A stretch of DNA of 20,000 bases from an uncultured virus (IMG/VR IMGVR_UViG_3300037466_003572). Lineage: Duplodnaviria; Heunggongvirae; Uroviricota; Caudoviricetes. A program made the position numbers and the translations under genes. How positions within the stretch are numbered: the stretch's first letter is position 1; each line of letters begins with the position of its first letter. The stretch lies in the IMG/VR virus record IMGVR_UViG_3300037466_003572; one strand, 5' to 3'. The notes beneath the pieces are model-generated. The model did not search any database. It worked only from the letters and a program-made list of their open reading frames with translations, and was not told the origin of the DNA. This document shows, piece by piece, positions 7,870 to 15,795 of the stretch.

Positions 7870-9654
7870 TTACATCCAATCGTATTTCACATGAATCTTT
7901 GCTTTTGATTTTTTAAATCCCATCATGGCAGTAGACAAGCTATCCGGACCATCATCATGAGAGTTTGTGCCGTATTCTTCGTATTGTTTGAGCAATAACG
8001 TATGATTACGATTAAAAAGGAGTGTTCCTTCTTCGATATCTTTTAGAGCGGATTCAATACGGATCTCTTTGCGGGAACGCTGGTGAACGTCTTTTACGCG
8101 TGTATATGCCGGATATCCAGCCGCTTGAAGCGCTTTTTTAAGTTGCTGCGTGAAGAACTCCTGTGCCATTTGGCTTTCAGCAAGTATTGTATCCGGTTGC
8201 CAATGAAGCGCAAGATTCACAATATCGCTCATAAATATATCAGGACTCACACGTTTTAAATAACTATCAGCAACGTAAACAAGCCCGCTAGTTTTATGCT
8301 TGGCGAGCACCGTTACTGCACTGTAATCTCCTTTTGTGAGCGATTTCCCCATCGCGAAGTCAGTTCCAAAAACAATTTGGTATTTACCATTCAGAAAATC
8401 AAAATCTTGTGGATTATAATAATGAAAATTTTCTTCTGGTCTAAAAATTGCCGTTTCACTGTCAATAGCAGTATTTTGAAACTCGGTTGCAAATGCCCGG
8501 GAACCGATTGATGCTTTTTCCATGAAAAGTTTATGCAGTGGAAATCGACTTGCCCACAAAACTTTTGCGCCGGCATTCATTTCTTCTTTATGCGCTCTAT
8601 AAAAATCCATAGCTGCACGTTCGTTTGGAGATGGCATCGCAACAGTTGCGGTTTCATACGCTTCGATCTCATCTTCGGTTGGCTCATACTTTTTAAATAT
8701 TTCCGTAAACTCGTCCCATAAATCCATTCGCTCTGGAAACTCGATGATCGCCGGGAACTTATTTCGGATAAAGTCTGTACGCTCTGTTAAAACGTAATTA
8801 AGCAGTGAATCCGGGTGAGTCATCGTACCCATGAAAACGGTAGCAGCCGATGTGACATCTCTCGCCGGATACATTTCAGCGTTAAACCAATTTTTGTTCT
8901 TTTTACGTAATTCCGCTGTATTATTTGCCTCGATAGATTCCAAGTCATCTAAAAGTAGCAAATCCGGACGCTGCGAACCATTTCTGATACCACGAATCTG
9001 TTTTCCGAGAGATGAACAAGCCAGCATTGCTTCGGTAAATGTCACAAACTGGTCAACTGCATCCTTTTTATTTTTATTTTGATCAGGAGATAAAATCTCA
9101 CCAAAATCATCACGAAGTTTCAAATTATATTTTAATTGGTTCGCAATCCACTTTAAGAATTTAATCGAACCGGGCAACGTTTCAGATATGATCAATATCA
9201 TTTTACGTTTTCTAAAAACGAGCTCACGTGTTGGAAACGCGTTGCTGAGATAAGCAGATTTCGCATGACCACGACTGGCGCTCCAGCATACGTTTGCCGT
9301 TTTATTATAGTTTGATATACTGTCCAAGATATTACATATCTTCTGGTGAAACTCCGGTGCATCCGAAATATCAACGTCAGATGTCGGAACCAGGTTATCA
9401 GGATTTCCAGGATTCCGCGCTTCTGAAAAATACTCGTAGAAAAAATACAGCATATCGACTTCTGCACGATGTACACGATTTAATTTCTCTAATTCCGCTT
9501 TATCACGTTCCATCATTTCATAATGATAAGGAGTCGCTTTTCCGGACTTTATTACAACAAGCAATGTTTTTAATTTCTTCTTAACGATTTTAATACGTTC
9601 TTCTCGTTCTGTTCGATCCAGGAATTTCCCATCGATAAAAGCCAAAATCATCAT
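7870..9654 (-). CDS. terL: Terminase large subunit
   Basis: 594 aa (TTG at 9645 is a likely alternative start). Walker A-like ASRGHAKS, IRGIR, Walker B LLLLDDLE, coupling motif MGT, and nuclease residues GTDFA, GDYSA and HDDGPDS. Confidence 0.95.
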   Translation of the reverse strand: MMILAFIDGKFLDRTEREERIKIVKKKLKTLLVVIKSGKATPYHYEMMERDKAELEKLNRVHRAEVDMLYFFYEYFSEARNPGNPDNLVPTSDVDISDAPEFHQKICNILDSISNYNKTANVCWSASRGHAKSAYLSNAFPTRELVFRKRKMILIISETLPGSIKFLKWIANQLKYNLKLRDDFGEILSPDQNKNKKDAVDQFVTFTEAMLACSSLGKQIRGIRNGSQRPDLLLLDDLESIEANNTAELRKKNKNWFNAEMYPARDVTSAATVFMGTMTHPDSLLNYVLTERTDFIRNKFPAIIEFPERMDLWDEFTEIFKKYEPTEDEIEAYETATVAMPSPNERAAMDFYRAHKEEMNAGAKVLWASRFPLHKLFMEKASIGSRAFATEFQNTAIDSETAIFRPEENFHYYNPQDFDFLNGKYQIVFGTDFAMGKSLTKGDYSAVTVLAKHKTSGLVYVADSYLKRVSPDIFMSDIVNLALHWQPDTILAESQMAQEFFTQQLKKALQAAGYPAYTRVKDVHQRSRKEIRIESALKDIEEGTLLFNRNHTLLLKQYEEYGTNSHDDGPDSLSTAMMGFKKSKAKIHVKYDWM

Positions 9655-9689
9655 CCTCCTCGGTTGATCTAATCACCCCAAAATTTTTT

Positions 9690-9725
9690 ATTTTTTTAAC
9701 AAAAACTTTATTTTCGAGTTATACT
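9690..9725 (+). promoter_or_regulatory. Promoter of the recombinase gene, same format as the cassette promoters
   Basis: T-run, then TTAACA (9696-9701), 18-nt spacer, TATACT (9720-9725). Confidence 0.65.
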
Positions 9726-9779
9726 TAATATATAAGAAGATGTATAACTCATAAAAATATAAAATTGGAGGTGATATGT

Positions 9780-10508
9780 ATGAGTTTAACTATGAATGAA
9801 ATTAAAGAATTAATCGCTATGGGATTTACACCGGAGCAAATTGCCGCAATGAACGGTGAAAATAAAACTAAAAAAGAACGTAAAGTAAAAAACTTACGTC
9901 CAGAAGATAAACAACGTGAAGGTCAACAGGAAACAAGAGCACTACTTAAAGAAGAAGTAGATTTATTCTTTTCAAAATTAAAAACAGATCAACAACGTTT
10001 ACTATTTAAAGTAATTATCAATATGGCACTAAGAGTAAGCGATGCAATCGATCTTAAAGTAGATCAAATTAGAGGTAAAAACATCGCAAAAGTATACATA
10101 AAAAAGCAAAAGTTTACTAAAAAAATAAAAATAAACGATGCATTAAAAGAAGCTATCGAACTTTATATTCCAAAAGATGCAAAGGACGATGATTACTTAT
10201 TTCCATCTCCCGAGAAAAAAGTTAAAAAGTTTTCAACAGGTAAATACAAGAAAAAAGGTCACATCACCAGAATGACAGCATACAACTGGATGACAAAAGC
10301 AGCAAAAGCAGCTGGACTTACATTCGATGAAGAATCGATTGCTTGCCATGGTATTCGTAAATACTTCGGTACAGTTGCCAACGAAATGGGAATGACAATT
10401 GCAGAAATCCAAGCAGCATACGCTCATAAAAGCGCTAGCACAACGATTAGATATCTTGGAATCGATGACAAGAAAGTTAACGCAATGTACGACAGCATCC
10501 AAGGATAA
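9780..10508 (+). CDS. Short tyrosine recombinase (phage integrase catalytic domain)
   Basis: ATG 9780 follows GGAGGTGA. The catalytic set is complete: R (LRVSD), K (IKKQK), HxxR (HGIRK), H (YAHKS), Y (TIRYLG). No arm-binding or full core-binding domain is visible. Confidence 0.92.
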   Translation: MSLTMNEIKELIAMGFTPEQIAAMNGENKTKKERKVKNLRPEDKQREGQQETRALLKEEVDLFFSKLKTDQQRLLFKVIINMALRVSDAIDLKVDQIRGKNIAKVYIKKQKFTKKIKINDALKEAIELYIPKDAKDDDYLFPSPEKKVKKFSTGKYKKKGHITRMTAYNWMTKAAKAAGLTFDEESIACHGIRKYFGTVANEMGMTIAEIQAAYAHKSASTTIRYLGIDDKKVNAMYDSIQG

Positions 10509-10511
10509 ACC

Positions 10512-10540
10512 GAACGGGGAAAACCCCGTTCTTTTTTATT
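10512..10540 (+). terminator. Intrinsic terminator after the recombinase gene
   Basis: GAACGGGG-AAAA-CCCCGTTC followed by TTTTTT. Confidence 0.85.
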
Positions 10541-10673
10541 TCTTAAGTTCAAGCAACACTTTAATTTCGTTTAACACTTCTTGTATTTCATCGAAAACTT
10601 TATAATCGGCTTGTTTTAGTTTAATCAGCGCTTCTAAATAAGAAAGTAGCGCGTCTAATCGTTCTCTATCCAT
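10536..10673 (-). CDS. Small hypothetical protein, 45 aa
   Basis: Below the ORF-track cutoff. MDRERLDALLSYLEALIKLKQADYKVFDEIQEVLNEIKVLLELKK*, with a GAGGAGG RBS; starts right after the exonuclease stop. Confidence 0.7.
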   Translation of the reverse strand: MDRERLDALLSYLEALIKLKQADYKVFDEIQEVLNEIKVLLELKK

Positions 10674-10674
10674 T

Positions 10675-11283
10675 CTAGTCCCTCCTCGTCAGTTTCTCGT
10701 AGCATGCTTTGATTACATAAGCGTCCCAAAGTGCGTTGTGCTTCGCAACGAAATCGGGATTAATCAAATTTCCTTCGGTTGAAATATATCCATCCGCGAA
10801 ATCCTCGCGGTTTACATCCGGATCAATATTTTTTGCGTACATCAATGTGCAAATATCAAACGGGATATAAAATACATTTTTAGGTACATCAAACGCGTGT
10901 CCAAAAAGATCGCAAAACAATACCCAGTCAAACGATAAGCAATCGCTCCACATTTCGATTTGATCGAATTGACTAAGCCATTCCGCGAGCTCGTCAGCTA
11001 TTTCCAGCGTTGATCCACGCATTTCAATATTCCATTGATTTGTCAGGCGAATTTCCGCTTGATGACGTGATCGAACATAATATTCATTTTCGTCGTCTAG
11101 TGGTGCTTCAAATAACAAATTTTTCAATACGTTTTCATCAATCCATTCATCAATCTGACTTTCGTCGTAGTCGTTTGCCTCCGCATAAAATCTTCGTCCA
11201 TCTTCAGAAACAATTCCGATTGATATCAGCGTTGTATCTTTGTGAAAACCGGAAAATTCAGTATCAAAAAACAATTTCATCAT
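10675..11283 (-). CDS. DEDDh 3'-5' exo(ribo)nuclease (Rv2179c / RNase AS-like)
   Basis: Exo I FFDTEF, LISIGIVSEDG, Exo II SFDWV and Exo III HNALWDA motifs. Confidence 0.88.
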   Translation of the reverse strand: MMKLFFDTEFSGFHKDTTLISIGIVSEDGRRFYAEANDYDESQIDEWIDENVLKNLLFEAPLDDENEYYVRSRHQAEIRLTNQWNIEMRGSTLEIADELAEWLSQFDQIEMWSDCLSFDWVLFCDLFGHAFDVPKNVFYIPFDICTLMYAKNIDPDVNREDFADGYISTEGNLINPDFVAKHNALWDAYVIKACYEKLTRRD

Positions 11284-11298
11284 CGTTCATCTCCCTGT

Positions 11299-11766
11299 TT
11301 ATAGCCAGGTCGCACCTGGAATTAAAGATAATTGTTTAAATAATTCGTTTGGCGTAATATCGCGATCCCATTTAACAAACTCTTTAAGATCGAGCTGTGA
11401 TAAAATATCGTCAACCGCTTCGGAACAAATTAACAGCCGCGGATTATTAAATATCTTACGGCTAGTACCGAATAAATTGTTAAACAATATTCCGGCGATC
11501 TGTAAATAGTCGTAATCAATCCCGAGCATCCCTTCAGCTAGCTTAATGACGTGTTCTCGATCAGCATCACTCATTGGTAGTCTGATAATTTCAAAATCAT
11601 GATAATTCATCGGTACAATTTGTGTTTTGCGATTACCCTGCGCTTCGAAAATTTCGTGTTCAGAAACTGCAATAGCCACGTGCGAAAATTGCCCGTGGTC
11701 AAAAATCTTTATAGCATTCGAGATCCAGTTATGACCGCGAACGAAAACAATATCCCCTGTTTGCAT
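11299..11766 (-). CDS. Permuted papain-like (YiiX/YebB, NlpC/P60 superfamily) peptidase/amidase
   Basis: QTGDIVF, FSHVAI (His), YDY and LICSEAV (Cys), then ITP; the His-before-Cys order marks the permuted family. Confidence 0.85.
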   Translation of the reverse strand: MQTGDIVFVRGHNWISNAIKIFDHGQFSHVAIAVSEHEIFEAQGNRKTQIVPMNYHDFEIIRLPMSDADREHVIKLAEGMLGIDYDYLQIAGILFNNLFGTSRKIFNNPRLLICSEAVDDILSQLDLKEFVKWDRDITPNELFKQLSLIPGATWL

Positions 11767-11794
11767 GTTAATTCTCCTCTGTGAAAATCGTATT

Positions 11795-12181
11795 CTATAA
11801 TATTGGTAAAAACAGCTTTTTCGTGTGTCCGTTATATGGAATTCGTACGGTTTTTAATAATCCTTCCGATTCCAGTATCAAGCACAGCTTTTTCAGCCGA
11901 TCTTTATGGATACCCGTATCGTCTGAAATTTGTTTAACGGATGGAAACGCCCACATATAAAATGAATTATCTGCATTTCCGTTTACATAGCTGGATAAAA
12001 ATAAAAACAACACGAGAGAATCACGTGCTGTCGGTCCATCGTATTTATTTCTGAGTTCGGGCAATTTGATGCGTAATAATTCGTGTGGAATCGGTGTATA
12101 TAATCCCTTATCGAGGATTTTATTCTTCGCAACGACCGCAGTTTGAGCCATCATTGCAATTTCATTCATTCGTTCATTCAA
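11795..12181 (-). CDS. Winged helix-turn-helix DNA-binding protein (HTH_36-like), about 128 aa
   Basis: Start moved to TTG 12181 (GGGGGTGA RBS). YTPIP, LFLFL and AFPSVKQISDDTGIHKDRLKKLCLILESEGLL resemble the N-terminal domains of phage replication initiators. Confidence 0.75.
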   Translation of the reverse strand: MNERMNEIAMMAQTAVVAKNKILDKGLYTPIPHELLRIKLPELRNKYDGPTARDSLVLFLFLSSYVNGNADNSFYMWAFPSVKQISDDTGIHKDRLKKLCLILESEGLLKTVRIPYNGHTKKLFLPIL

Positions 12182-12289
12182 CGATTTCACCCCCGGGTTT
12201 AAAAATATATTCCGGAAATTTTTTATTCCGGTATGTACGTAAATATGTGGCGGGTTGGGTAACGATATGGTACCGAAATGTATGAGAAA

Positions 12290-12398
12290 TGGGTGACGAA
12301 TGGGTGACGAATGGACCCCAAGATGCAAAAAATAGTAGCGTTTATCTATACACCAGACCACAGATTTTGGCGCGGTAGCTTTGGGGGGTCCGTTCGTT
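12290..12398. repeat. Tandem 11-mer (TGGGTGACGAA x2) and a 14-bp imperfect inverted repeat
   Basis: Direct repeats at 12290-12311. GACGAATGGACCCC (12306-12319) pairs with GGGGTCCGTTCGTT (12385-12398) with two G-T pairs. Confidence 0.65.
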
Positions 12399-12448
12399 TG
12401 TGTCAATGGATGAATAAAAACAAATTATTTATGAATGATTCAAACGCG

Positions 12449-12558
12449 CGCGCCGTCTGTGTTTGCGTTGATTCTATATAAAAAGTTATACATAATAAAT
12501 ATTATGTATAATATAAGCGATGTTTAATGGATGCCGCGCCGTGTATGTGTTTGCGTTC
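12449..12558 (+). repeat. Direct repeats CGCGCCGT...TGTGTTTGCGTT flanking the dif-like site
   Basis: Copies start at 12449 and 12535; a further CGCGCCGT is at 12987. Confidence 0.7.
12485..12512. other. dif-like tyrosine recombinase core site (11-6-11)
   Basis: GTTATACATAA-TAAATA-TTATGTATAAT. It has the geometry and the CATAA-N6-TTATGT core of E. coli dif (GGTGCGCATAA-TGTATA-TTATGTTAAAT), and both arms are XerD-like. Confidence 0.65.
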
Positions 12559-13336
12559 ATCAGCAATATAAAAGAAAGATAACAGAATGAAATTAATATT
12601 TACATGATTCATTTTATAATTCATAGGTAGATTTCAAACGATTCCGGGCGCGTGGTATACATCCCCTATTTTTTCCTCCGTGTCTTTAAAATAAATAGAT
12701 GCAAATAAAAAGCGTCATTCATTCGTTGTTTTCATCCGTTGTTTTCAATCGTTATTTATTCGCGTATATAATTGCGTTGTTTATTCGTTGTTTATTCCGT
12801 GTTTGTTTCGTTCATCTGTTCGCGTGTGTGTTCGTGTGTTTGTATCACTCCAGAACATCCCGCGCGTGTATATATCAACTATAAACGAAAGCAATAAAAC
12901 AAACGTTTTATAAATGTTTTAAACGTGTTTTATATTTCCATTTTATCGCGTTACATTTTTATTTTAAAAGATGTTTTCACGATGCGCGCGCCGTGTTTCT
13001 TATATCGTATTTTATACGATTTCTTTGCGTATTTTTTAACGTTGTTTTTATCGTCTGTTTTTTCATGCTCCATTATATTTTTCTTTTTATATTGTTCTTT
13101 TTATATATCGTTCTTTTTATATTCACTGAAACGGGATTTAATTAATTCCGCTTTACATGATTTAATTAATTCCTGTATATATGAACTATTTATATTTATC
13201 GTTCTATTATGTCGTTTTTAATTCGTTTTTCAACGTCTTTATAAAATGTTTAAAAATTTCGCTTTCATATTTCGTTTTTAAGCCACTTTAAAAAATACGT
13301 TTGATATATTTATCACGGAGAAAAAGAAAACACAAT

Positions 13337-13364
13337 AAAAAAACGGGTGTTTTAATTCCCATTT
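13337..13364 (-). terminator. Cassette terminator
   Basis: Minus strand reads AAATGGG-N10-CCCGTTT plus a T-run; the stop codon lies in the loop. Confidence 0.65.
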
Positions 13365-13483
13365 ATTCTTCTTTTATATTCTTCGATACTTTCATTTATC
13401 ATTTTATTAGTTGATCTATTTATAAAATGAATACTAACAAAAAATAAGAATGTAAAAATAATAAAATAAAATATCTCTAACAT
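13352..13483 (-). CDS. Small membrane protein, 43 aa
   Basis: Below the cutoff. MLEIFYFIIFTFLFFVSIHFINRSTNKMINESIEEYKRRINGN*, with a GAGGTGA RBS, its own promoter-like leader and a terminator. Confidence 0.7.
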   Translation of the reverse strand: MLEIFYFIIFTFLFFVSIHFINRSTNKMINESIEEYKRRINGN

Positions 13484-13508
13484 AATAAAATCACCTCTTT
13501 TTAACAAC

Positions 13509-13564
13509 ATAATTGAAACGGTTAAAAAGTCAACAAAAAAAAAAACGGTGTTTAAACCGTTTTT
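13509..13564 (-). repeat. Terminator + promoter module duplicated at 15753-15804
   Basis: ATAATTGAAACGGTTAAAAAGTCAA (25 bp) is identical at 13509 and 15753. AAAAACGGTGTTTAAACCGT (20 bp) is identical at 13541, 14421 and 15785. Confidence 0.9.
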
Positions 13565-13572
13565 ATTATGTA

Positions 13573-13878
13573 TTATTTAAAAAGTAAATTTAGCCTTATG
13601 CCTTTCCAACTATGCGCCGCTTGAATTTGTTCTTCGTTTACTAATTCAAAATCATGCCCGGATCTTTTTAAATAATTCGTGTGTTTAGATGTTGTTCGAG
13701 AATACTTTTCACAATTAATCAATAACATATTATCATTTGTAATTTTTGCGATAATTGTACGATAGTTTATTAGAACGATGCATCCATTTTCTTTTCTAAC
13801 AAATAAATTTTGTGTATGATTCATTGATTCGATACCGTTTAAAAAATTATTTAATACTTGTTCATTTGATGTTTTCAT
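13573..13878 (-). CDS. Hypothetical phage early protein, 101 aa
   Basis: AAGGAG RBS, own promoter and terminator; the NYRTIIA...YSRTTSKH motif recurs in small phage proteins of unknown function. Confidence 0.85.
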   Translation of the reverse strand: MKTSNEQVLNNFLNGIESMNHTQNLFVRKENGCIVLINYRTIIAKITNDNMLLINCEKYSRTTSKHTNYLKRSGHDFELVNEEQIQAAHSWKGIRLNLLFK

Positions 13879-13902
13879 TTTTTATCATCTCCTTTTTATA
13901 TG

Positions 13903-13947
13903 TTAACTATATTTATTATAGTGCAAAAAGCAAGTAATAGTTAAAAA
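13903..13947 (-). promoter_or_regulatory. Cassette promoter TTAACT-N18-TATAAT with a downstream inverted AGTTAA
   Basis: TTAACT 13944-13939, TATAAT 13920-13915, AGTTAA 13908-13903. Confidence 0.8.
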
Positions 13948-13954
13948 AAGATAA

Positions 13955-13983
13955 ATAAAAAACACGCTTTTTAAACGTGTTTT
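13955..13983 (-). terminator. Cassette terminator
   Basis: AAAACACG-N9-CGTGTTTT hairpin with T-runs on both sides. Confidence 0.7.
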
Positions 13984-13999
13984 ATTTTTTCCGTATGTA

Positions 14000-14338
14000 T
14001 TAAATAAAAATCATTTTATTATTATATTCAATTCCTATTGATTCCTGTTTTAATTCGTCTTTTAATTTTAATATGAATTCCATTATTTTTAATTCGTTTT
14101 CCGGAGTTATCTCTTCGCAATAAGAATAAACCGCTTGAATATCTTCTATAATTAAACCGTGTTTTTGACTATACCAAGCGCCGCGGATCGATTCAACGGA
14201 TGCGCCACCAAATTCTAAAGATAAGATTTTTAAACATTCATTTATATAATATGTACTATCGATTTTTTTGTTTGCGTCTATGGTTGACGGTATGAAAATT
14301 TTTATTTTTTGTTCGTATCCTGTTTTATTTAATAACAT
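14000..14338 (-). CDS. Hypothetical protein, possibly DUF3574 / PII-like fold, 112 aa
   Basis: GGGAGGTGA RBS; FGGAS...GAW...LIIE...LKQESI pattern. The family call is tentative. Confidence 0.75.
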   Translation of the reverse strand: MLLNKTGYEQKIKIFIPSTIDANKKIDSTYYINECLKILSLEFGGASVESIRGAWYSQKHGLIIEDIQAVYSYCEEITPENELKIMEFILKLKDELKQESIGIEYNNKMIFI

Positions 14339-14380
14339 GAAAAATCACCTCCCATTTAATTTTTATCTTGTTATATATTT

Positions 14381-14443
14381 ATTTTAACATGAATATTTTT
14401 AAACGGTTAAAAAGAAATAAAAAAACGGTGTTTAAACCGTTTT
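14381..14443 (-). promoter_or_regulatory. Terminator hairpin followed by promoter TTAACC-N18-TAAAAT (TGn-extended)
   Basis: Hairpin 14422-14443; TTAACC 14410-14405; TAAAAT 14386-14381. Confidence 0.8.
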
Positions 14444-14831
14444 ATTTATCAATGTTTTTAGCGTTAAAAATATAATCCCAATTTGAATTATCATAATCCG
14501 TTTTTTTCCATGATATCGCGATTTTATCGCCCGGAGTTACGTGTTTTAATCCCGCTTTTAAAAGATATTCTTTTTCATAATAAATGCCCTCGCCTGTTCC
14601 CGTTGCTAAATATCCATATACAAAGCCATTTTTTTCTATTGATTCAATAATAAAATACTCTGTTACTAATTCCGGCGTGTTTAATTCCGCTTTTATAAAT
14701 TGATTATTATATCTATTTTGATATGTATCAAATAAAACATAATCTTTTTTTATATATTCCCCATCAAAAGAAGAGGGCGTGTTATTAAAACTTAAACTTG
14801 ATAAAACATAAAATAAAAATAAAACATTCAT
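14442..14831 (-). CDS. Hypothetical protein with a hydrophobic N-terminus (possibly exported), 129 aa
   Basis: GAGGTGA RBS; ATGA overlap with the upstream 65-aa gene. Confidence 0.8.
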   Translation of the reverse strand: MNVLFLFYVLSSLSFNNTPSSFDGEYIKKDYVLFDTYQNRYNNQFIKAELNTPELVTEYFIIESIEKNGFVYGYLATGTGEGIYYEKEYLLKAGLKHVTPGDKIAISWKKTDYDNSNWDYIFNAKNIDK

Positions 14832-15025
14832 AATATCACCTCTTTTTTATTTAAAATATTTTGTTTTTGAATTTCCATTTCATAAAATTTAAAAGCATCA
14901 TTTAAATAATATGTATAGAAAACGCTTTTTTTATTTAATTGTACAGAATATAAACCTTTTTTTAAAACAATGGAAACGAAAACGCCTTTTTTAATTTGTT
15001 GCTTATCGATCGTTTTATTAAACAT
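14828..15025 (-). CDS. Hypothetical protein, 65 aa
   Basis: GGAGGTG RBS; promoter at 15053-15082. Confidence 0.8.
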   Translation of the reverse strand: MFNKTIDKQQIKKGVFVSIVLKKGLYSVQLNKKSVFYTYYLNDAFKFYEMEIQKQNILNKKEVIL

Positions 15026-15052
15026 AATACCACCTCCATATGATACATTTTT

Positions 15053-15121
15053 ATTTTAACACAATTATTTTTAAATAGTTAAAAAAGGAGAAAAAAAACC
15101 ACGCTTTTTAATACGTGATTT
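15053..15121 (-). promoter_or_regulatory. Terminator hairpin followed by promoter TTAACT-N18-TAAAAT
   Basis: Hairpin about 15096-15121; TTAACT 15082-15077; TAAAAT 15058-15053. Confidence 0.78.
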
Positions 15122-15389
15122 ATTTAATTCTTTTTAAATACGGCGCCGGCGTTTTTGGTGTTTCTGTTGTTTGCGTGTTCTGTTCGTTTATTACTTTAAA
15201 GAAATATTTTTTATTTTGGTTAAAAACAATAATTGAAAATACGATATAAATAAAGGTAGATTTTTGATCTATTGACTCATCCCATGCATGGAAACATCCA
15301 TAAATTAACGATATAATAGCGTTTAAACCTAAACCAAGGAAAACAACAAAGGTAAAAAATAGTTTTAATTCTTTTTTGAAATTATTCAT
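15120..15389 (-). CDS. Hypothetical membrane protein with two hydrophobic segments, 89 aa
   Basis: AAGGAG RBS; upstream TTGCTT-N16-TATATT; own terminator. Confidence 0.8.
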   Translation of the reverse strand: MNNFKKELKLFFTFVVFLGLGLNAIISLIYGCFHAWDESIDQKSTFIYIVFSIIVFNQNKKYFFKVINEQNTQTTETPKTPAPYLKRIK

Positions 15390-15454
15390 AATATCAACTC
15401 CTTTTTTTCAATATAATCGATAAGAGAAAAAAAGCAAGAAAAAAAACGGATTTT

Positions 15455-15619
15455 TTATTTTCCGTTTTTCATTTCTTTTATTTGTCTTTCCATTAATTCT
15501 TTATATCCTTTTAAAATTTGGCTATTTGGATTATTTTTTAACTGTTCATTTACGGTGTTTAAAAAATTTTCTTTTATCTCGAGTGAACGGTTAATAATTT
15601 TTTGAAAGTCATAATTCAT
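15455..15619 (-). CDS. Small hypothetical protein, 54 aa
   Basis: Below the cutoff. MNYDFQKIINRSLEIKENFLNTVNEQLKNNPNSQILKGYKELMERQIKEMKNGK*, GGGAG RBS; the stop lies in the loop of terminator 15442-15469. Confidence 0.75.
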   Translation of the reverse strand: MNYDFQKIINRSLEIKENFLNTVNEQLKNNPNSQILKGYKELMERQIKEMKNGK

Positions 15620-15726
15620 TTTTTATCATCTCCCATTTTTAAAAAGTATTTATCTAGTAAATAAGTAATTAAAATAGATAAAATAATACAACTTATATCT
15701 ATAAACGGATTCCCGGTCATTTTCAT
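15616..15726 (-). CDS. Small membrane peptide, 36 aa
   Basis: Below the cutoff. MKMTGNPFIDISCIILSILITYLLDKYFLKMGDDKK*, AAGGAG RBS; ATGA overlap with the 54-aa gene. Confidence 0.68.
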   Translation of the reverse strand: MKMTGNPFIDISCIILSILITYLLDKYFLKMGDDKK

Positions 15727-15795
15727 TATCTATCATCTCCTTTTTTATTTGTATAATTGAAACGGTTAAAAAGTCAAGAAAAATAAAAACGGTGT

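Noticed and set aside
12182..12406. N-terminal 75 codons of ORF 11795-12406
   Set aside because: There is no RBS at 12406, the translation crosses repeats and a stem-loop, and a good RBS precedes TTG 12181.
12699..13221. Plus-strand ORFs 12699-12884 and 12925-13221
   Set aside because: They are Phe/Leu-rich by-products of the T-rich strand and have no RBS, unlike every credible gene nearby.
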